A stretch of 64,000 nt of DNA from Octopus vulgaris (taxonomy: Eukaryota): assembly GCA_951406725.2 (NCBI GenBank), contig OX597824.1, positions 96,658,001 to 96,722,000 on the forward strand, written 5' to 3'. Shown one piece after another: positions 58,346 through 64,000 of the stretch. Below the pieces are notes generated by a model, which was not told the origin of the DNA, made no database searches, and saw only the letters and a list, made by a program, of their open reading frames with translations. The first letter of the stretch is position 1. Every line of letters starts with the position of its first letter. The position numbers and the translations under genes were made by a program.

Positions 58346-58354
58346 CTTGTATAA

Positions 58355-58491
58355 ATGATGATCATCATCATCATCATCACCACCACCATCATCATTATCA
58401 TTGTCTTCATCATTATCATCATCATCATTATCATCATCATCACCACCTTCTTCTTCTTCTTCTTCTTCTTCTTCTTCTTCTTCTTCTTCTT

Positions 58492-58580
<89 letters not shown>

Positions 58581-58593
58581 CATTATTACTGTT

Positions 58594-58683
<90 letters not shown>

Positions 58684-58692
58684 GTCATCATC
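58355..58692. repeat. Compound (ATC)(TTC)(ATT) microsatellite
   Basis: Direct reading of the sequence. Confidence 0.95.
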
Positions 58693-59022
58693 AAACGCCA
58701 TTGCCTATCATGGCCGTTGTTTGCTGTTTGTGTATTTCAGTTTTATTATTATTGTTGTCCCAATTATTGCCATTGTCAACGTCTCCGTTGCTGCTGCTGC
58801 TGCTGGTGTTGTTGTTGTTGTCGTTTATTGTACCCATTACCCCTTTATTAAGGTTTATAATTTAATTTCCGTAATTATCTGCCCTCACCGCCACACCCAC
58901 CACCACCACCACCACCACCGTACAAACAACTCTTCCTCCTCCTTCTCCTCCACCCCACCCCCTTCTGGCTGGCTGATTGTTGTTCATTTACGTTTTACAT
59001 GATACGAGGGGCGTGGTTAAAC

Positions 59023-59362
59023 GATGACGGGTGAGGGAATGATGGGAGTGAGGCTGGCGGTGGTGGTGTGGAAGGGGGGTAGTAATGGGGGCGGGGGGTA
59101 GGAATAAAAAAAGGGGGTTAGAAGACGGCCTGGTGGTGTGGTAGATTTAGGGCTAGGGGTAGAGAGGGGGTGTTGGGTATTGACTGGTGGCAGAGTTGGA
59201 AGGATGATGATGTTGGTGGAGGGGGAAAATTGGGCTGGGTAGGAGAAAGGGGTCACTGGTTGTACGGTAGATTTAGTGGTGATGGTCATGGCAGGGTGTA
59301 GAACTGAATGTTGCTGCTAGGGTGAATGGTAATAGAGTTGGAAGGAAAGAAGTGTTGGTTGC
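59023..59362 (+). repeat. G-rich ~340-bp repeat, copy 1
   Basis: Highly similar to 61039-61373. Confidence 0.85.
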
Positions 59363-60361
59363 GGGGACAAACGGTGGGGGTGGGATTGGGAGTTTGGGAG
59401 AAGGGATTGGTTGTACGGTAGATTTTGATAGTGGTGGTCACGGTGAGTCAAGTAGCGTGAGTGGAGGTATTGCAAAGGATTTGGTGGTGGTGTGTGTGCA
59501 TGGGGGGGGGGGGGGTGATGATGTTGTTATTATTGGCGAAGCAGGCTTTGGTGTTGTTGTTGCTGTTGTTAGTGATGGTGGTGGTGGTGTTTACTTCTGA
59601 TTTCGTGTGATATAAACGCTGGTGGACCTCAAGGTTCTTGTGATGCTTCTCACTCTGTTGAGGGTCCTAAATACGGCACAGCTAACTTTTGTTTTTCATC
59701 GTTCCTGGGCCGATAGTTACATGAACCGGACGCGTAGATAAGTTGATATATTCGACAGTATCGTGGACTGTGCAAATCCCCGTCCTCCTCCTCCTCCTCA
59801 TCATCATCATCATCATTATCATCATCCTCACCCTTCACCCTCCTTTTCCTCCCCCTCCTTCCCTCTTCCCCCCTCCTTCCCACTTCTTTCTCCTCCCCTC
59901 CCCCTCCTCCCCTCCCTCCTCCCCCTCCTCCTCCTGCTTCTCCTCATCGACATAATAATAATGACGATAGTGATGATACTAGTGGTGGTAGTGGTGATGA
60001 TGATGAAGATGATGGTGGTGGTGGTAGTGGTGTTGGTGGTGATGATGATGCTGACGACGATAGAATAAAACAATGATTGAACAACCACTGAGGTCGCTAC
60101 TGATAGAGCGGCCTATTCTGTGTTAGCATTCAGTTGTTGGTAGATTCTTGCTACTGACGAAGCGTAATGAGGCAGAAATGCACTGTTTCCAATTCAACCA
60201 CCGTTGCTGTACGACTTTTGTCTGTTACTGATATATATACGTTTCTAACAGATACTTTCTCGAGATGAATGAAACAGTTATTTAGACTTTCACAATGTCA
60301 TCTACTTTAAGTATAACACACAGATTGTTATTTTAAACTAATACCGCTTTTGACGCATATT

Positions 60362-60918
60362 CTTTTATTCTTTTACACGTTTCAGTCATTTGACTGCGAC
60401 CATGTTGGAGCGTTGCCGGTAGTCGAACAAATCGATCCCAGGACATATTCTTTGTAAGCCTAGTACTTATTATATCGGTCTCTTTTGCAGAACTGGTGCG
60501 TTACACACACCAACATCGGTTGTCAAGCGACAGTGGGAGGGCACAACACAACGCAATCACACAAATACATACATACATACATACATACATACATACATAC
60601 ATACATACATACATACATACATACATACATACATACATACATACATACATACATACATACATACATACATACATACATACATACTTACATACATACATAA
60701 ATACATACATGCATACATGCATACATACATACATGCATACATACATGCATATATATATATGCGATAGGCTTCTTTCAGTTTCCGTCTACCAAAACCACTC
60801 ACAAAGCTTTGGTCGGCTCGAGGTCATTGTTGGAGACACTTGCCTGAGTTACCATGCAGTAGGACTGAACCCAAAACCATGTGGTGGGAAGCAAGCTTCT
60901 TGCCACTCAGCCACACCA
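60362..60918 (-). mobile_element. SINE family A with long internal (CATA)n
   Basis: Family head and tail flank ~190 bp of (CATA)n. Confidence 0.85.
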
Positions 60919-61038
60919 TATAACGAATTAATATATACATACATAAGTTAAATAATATTTATTGTATGTATGCCATATTTTCTAATATAACCCATGGCAT
61001 CAAATAAGTAGTAATTCAATGATCAACTACAACTCTTC

Positions 61039-61373
61039 AATGACGGGTGAGGGAATGATGGAAGTGAGGCTGGTGGTGGTGGTGTGGAAGGAGGGTAGTA
61101 ATGGGGGCGGTAGGAATAAAAAAAGGGGGTTAGAAGACGGCCTGGTGGTGTGGTAGATTTAGGGCTAGAGGTAGAGAGGGGTGTTGGGTATTGACTGGTG
61201 GCAGAGTTGGAAGGATGGTGATGTTGGTGGAGGGGAAAAAATTGGGCTGGGTAGGAGAAGGGGGTGACTTGTTGTTCGGTGGATTTAGTGGTGATGGTCA
61301 TGGCAGGGTGTAGAACTGAATGTTGCTGCTAGGGTGAGTGGTGATAGTGTTGGAAGGAAAGTAGTGTTGGTTG
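61039..61373 (+). repeat. G-rich ~340-bp repeat, copy 2
   Basis: Highly similar to 59023-59362. Confidence 0.85.
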
Positions 61374-61674
61374 CATGACCGCAGTCCAGTTGCTGTAACC
61401 GGTAAAAACCGGTTACAGGTGATAGTCAATTGTGTGACTGTGTGTGTGTGTATGTGTGTGTGTGTGTCTGTGTGTGTGTGTTCCACCGCTGCCATGTGAT
61501 ATCTTTTTACTGGCAGTGATCCAGGATGGCCACAGCTGAAACACGTAGTAGATTAAAAGACAATATACACACGCACCGATGCACATTAAAAATGCACATT
61601 GTTGAACCTTAGGTCTTGTAAGGCAGATTATTAGACGTTTTCCCTTGAATGGGATGCCAGGTTGTAGAGATGAA

Positions 61675-61868
61675 GGTCGGAAATTTTGAGAGACGAGACA
61701 GGTTCAATACATCGACCCAGTAGCTGACTGGTACTTCATTTTATCAACCTGAAGGGATGAAAGTAAAGTTGATCTCGTTGGGATTTGAACTTACAACGTA
61801 AAAAGCCAGAAGTATTACTAAACAAGCATTTTCTCCGACGTGCTAACGGTTCTGCCAGATCGCCCCTT
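61675..61868 (-). mobile_element. SINE family B (diverged)
   Basis: GATTTGAAC..GTGCTAACGGTTCTGCCAGATCGCC. Confidence 0.7.
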
Positions 61869-62156
61869 ATACATACATACATACATACATACATACATAC
61901 ATACATACATACATACATACATACATACATACATGCATACATACATACATACATACATACATACATACATACATACATACATGCAAAAATACCCTGTTGT
62001 TGATGTTGATATTCCAATGAAGGAGCCTTGGATCTAGGTTAGAAACCGGTTCTTTCTCTATTGGTGAAACCCTGAAATAAAACTAAATAATGACATACAT
62101 ACATACCACATACATATATATACGTACATACACATACATACAAAGTGTATATATAT

Positions 62157-62241
<85 letters not shown>

Positions 62242-63738
62242 TAAGGAAAAATTTTTTTAAAAATGCAGAATGCTCAAATGAAAGAACCCCACTATTTATT
62301 GAACTATATATATATATATATATTTAAATATATATATATACATACATAACATACATATATATATATATATACATGCATACATATATATACATATATACAC
62401 ATACACACATACGTACATGTGTATATACATACATACACACAGAAACACACGTATGTATATATGTATGTATAGGAATGTAAGCCTGATTGTCACATCACCC
62501 GATTCAACAGGTAGATTTTAAGAAATGAATCAAATTTTTCGCTTTTCAACATAATCATTGTATTGTGTGTGTCTTTACGCAACAATGGAGCAAACAGGAA
62601 TTAGATGCTCGACTCATTGTATAAGAAAACAGCGGCAAGTTTCGTATTAATTCACCATTGATGTCCTCCTGTAACTTCATTTTCTTCTTCTTCTTCTTCC
62701 TTATTCCCCCCGTAATTTCAGACAACATTTTTGTAGCTGTTTAACTGACCTCCACATCACTGTACACCACTGTTTTTGTCTCTTTGTTGCGCATGGATTG
62801 CCCCAAGGGGTTATTTTCATTGGAATGTTTAACCAACTCTTTCCCCTTAGTTCGCTTTCTTTCTCACCCCTTACTTTGTCTTATTCATTTGTATATATTT
62901 AAAGGTGCGTATGTATTCATTCATTACCAATAATATAAGTTTGGTTGTATTCTGTCAAGGCCAATCCTATCGCCGAAAGCCATTGAATGCAAATCTTTTT
63001 GTTTGTTTGCTCTGCAATCAAATCTCAGAGGAAGCTTGGAGCTGGCTGACATTTGCTTTTATTTCATTTCATTTTTTTATCATTATTTAACAATGGACTC
63101 TACTCTTGGCCCCCTCTCTCACGCCCCACCACACGCCATTTCCTATTGGATTACAGTAGCTCGGGGCTGTCTCAGTCTATTTTATTAATCAAATATTTGC
63201 AAGACATCGCTTAGTTCTACATGTCGAAGCTGTATTATTTCACGTGTGACGTAACACAAAATGTCTACCGCAACTACATCAGAAGCCGTCAATTTATCTA
63301 ACCTCGCTGAACTGTGTTACAAGCTATCGCTCTGGTTAATTTTACTAAACTACATTGTAACAATACAAGTTCATAACCACACCTATTAAGGCTCGTTCGA
63401 AAATTAGACCCAGGTGGGCCGTTGCAGCGGCTTCGCTTGTGAATTGAACCAACTCGGTTTTAATGTTAAGACACGCTTACTTCCCTTTCCAAACTGACGA
63501 TGATAGAAGTTCAAAGCTGCTCACTAAAGTGTAAAGATATATTTCAGTGTTAACTGGCACACACAAACACACACACACACAAAACACACACACACATACC
63601 CAAACGCATACACTAAACACACACACAAACACTCACACAAACACAAACACACACACAAACACAAACACACACACACACACACAAACACACATACAAACAC
63701 AGACACAGACACACAAACACACACAAACATAAACACAT

Positions 63739-63771
<33 letters not shown>

Positions 63772-63955
63772 CAAACACACTCACACAGAAACACACACAC
63801 AAACACACACACACAAACACACACACACAAACACACACACACAAACACACACGCACAAACACAAACACACACACATACACTAAACACACACAAACACACA
63901 CACACAAACACACACACACACAAACATACACACATACACTAAACACACACAAACG

Positions 63956-63987
<32 letters not shown>

Positions 63988-64000
63988 ACGGACAGATGCT

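Noticed and set aside
60150-60190. CTGACGA-AGC..GC-AGAAA-TGCA
   Set aside because: Stem I does not pair and the cleavage triplet is missing

Overview
AT-rich eukaryotic DNA saturated with microsatellites ((TA)n, (CA)n, (CATA)n, (AAT)n, (CCA)n, (GAT)n). The repeat content, three abundant tRNA-type SINE families, looks like an octopus genome (inference from recalled repeat families). Nearly all ORFs in the track are microsatellite artefacts, and no host protein-coding gene can be identified. There are only two candidate minus-strand exons (27115-27333 and one starting at 2852). The window is a transposon graveyard: SINEs, CR1-group, RTE and R4/Dong LINE fragments, Penelope-like (PLE) remnants, mariner/Tc1 fragments and MITEs, and Helitron/Helentron non-autonomous elements. 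The most striking hidden signal is a set of about 10 type I hammerhead ribozyme motifs, read by eye. Each has a palindromic or near-palindromic stem III, and they sit in (TA)n-adjacent PLE-type repeats. They include canonical cores, U3-A8 compensatory cores, a family with a conserved U-U at 10.1/11.1 and covarying stems, and a pair facing each other in a perfect 152-bp inverted repeat. Element boundaries are read manually and approximate unless stated otherwise.
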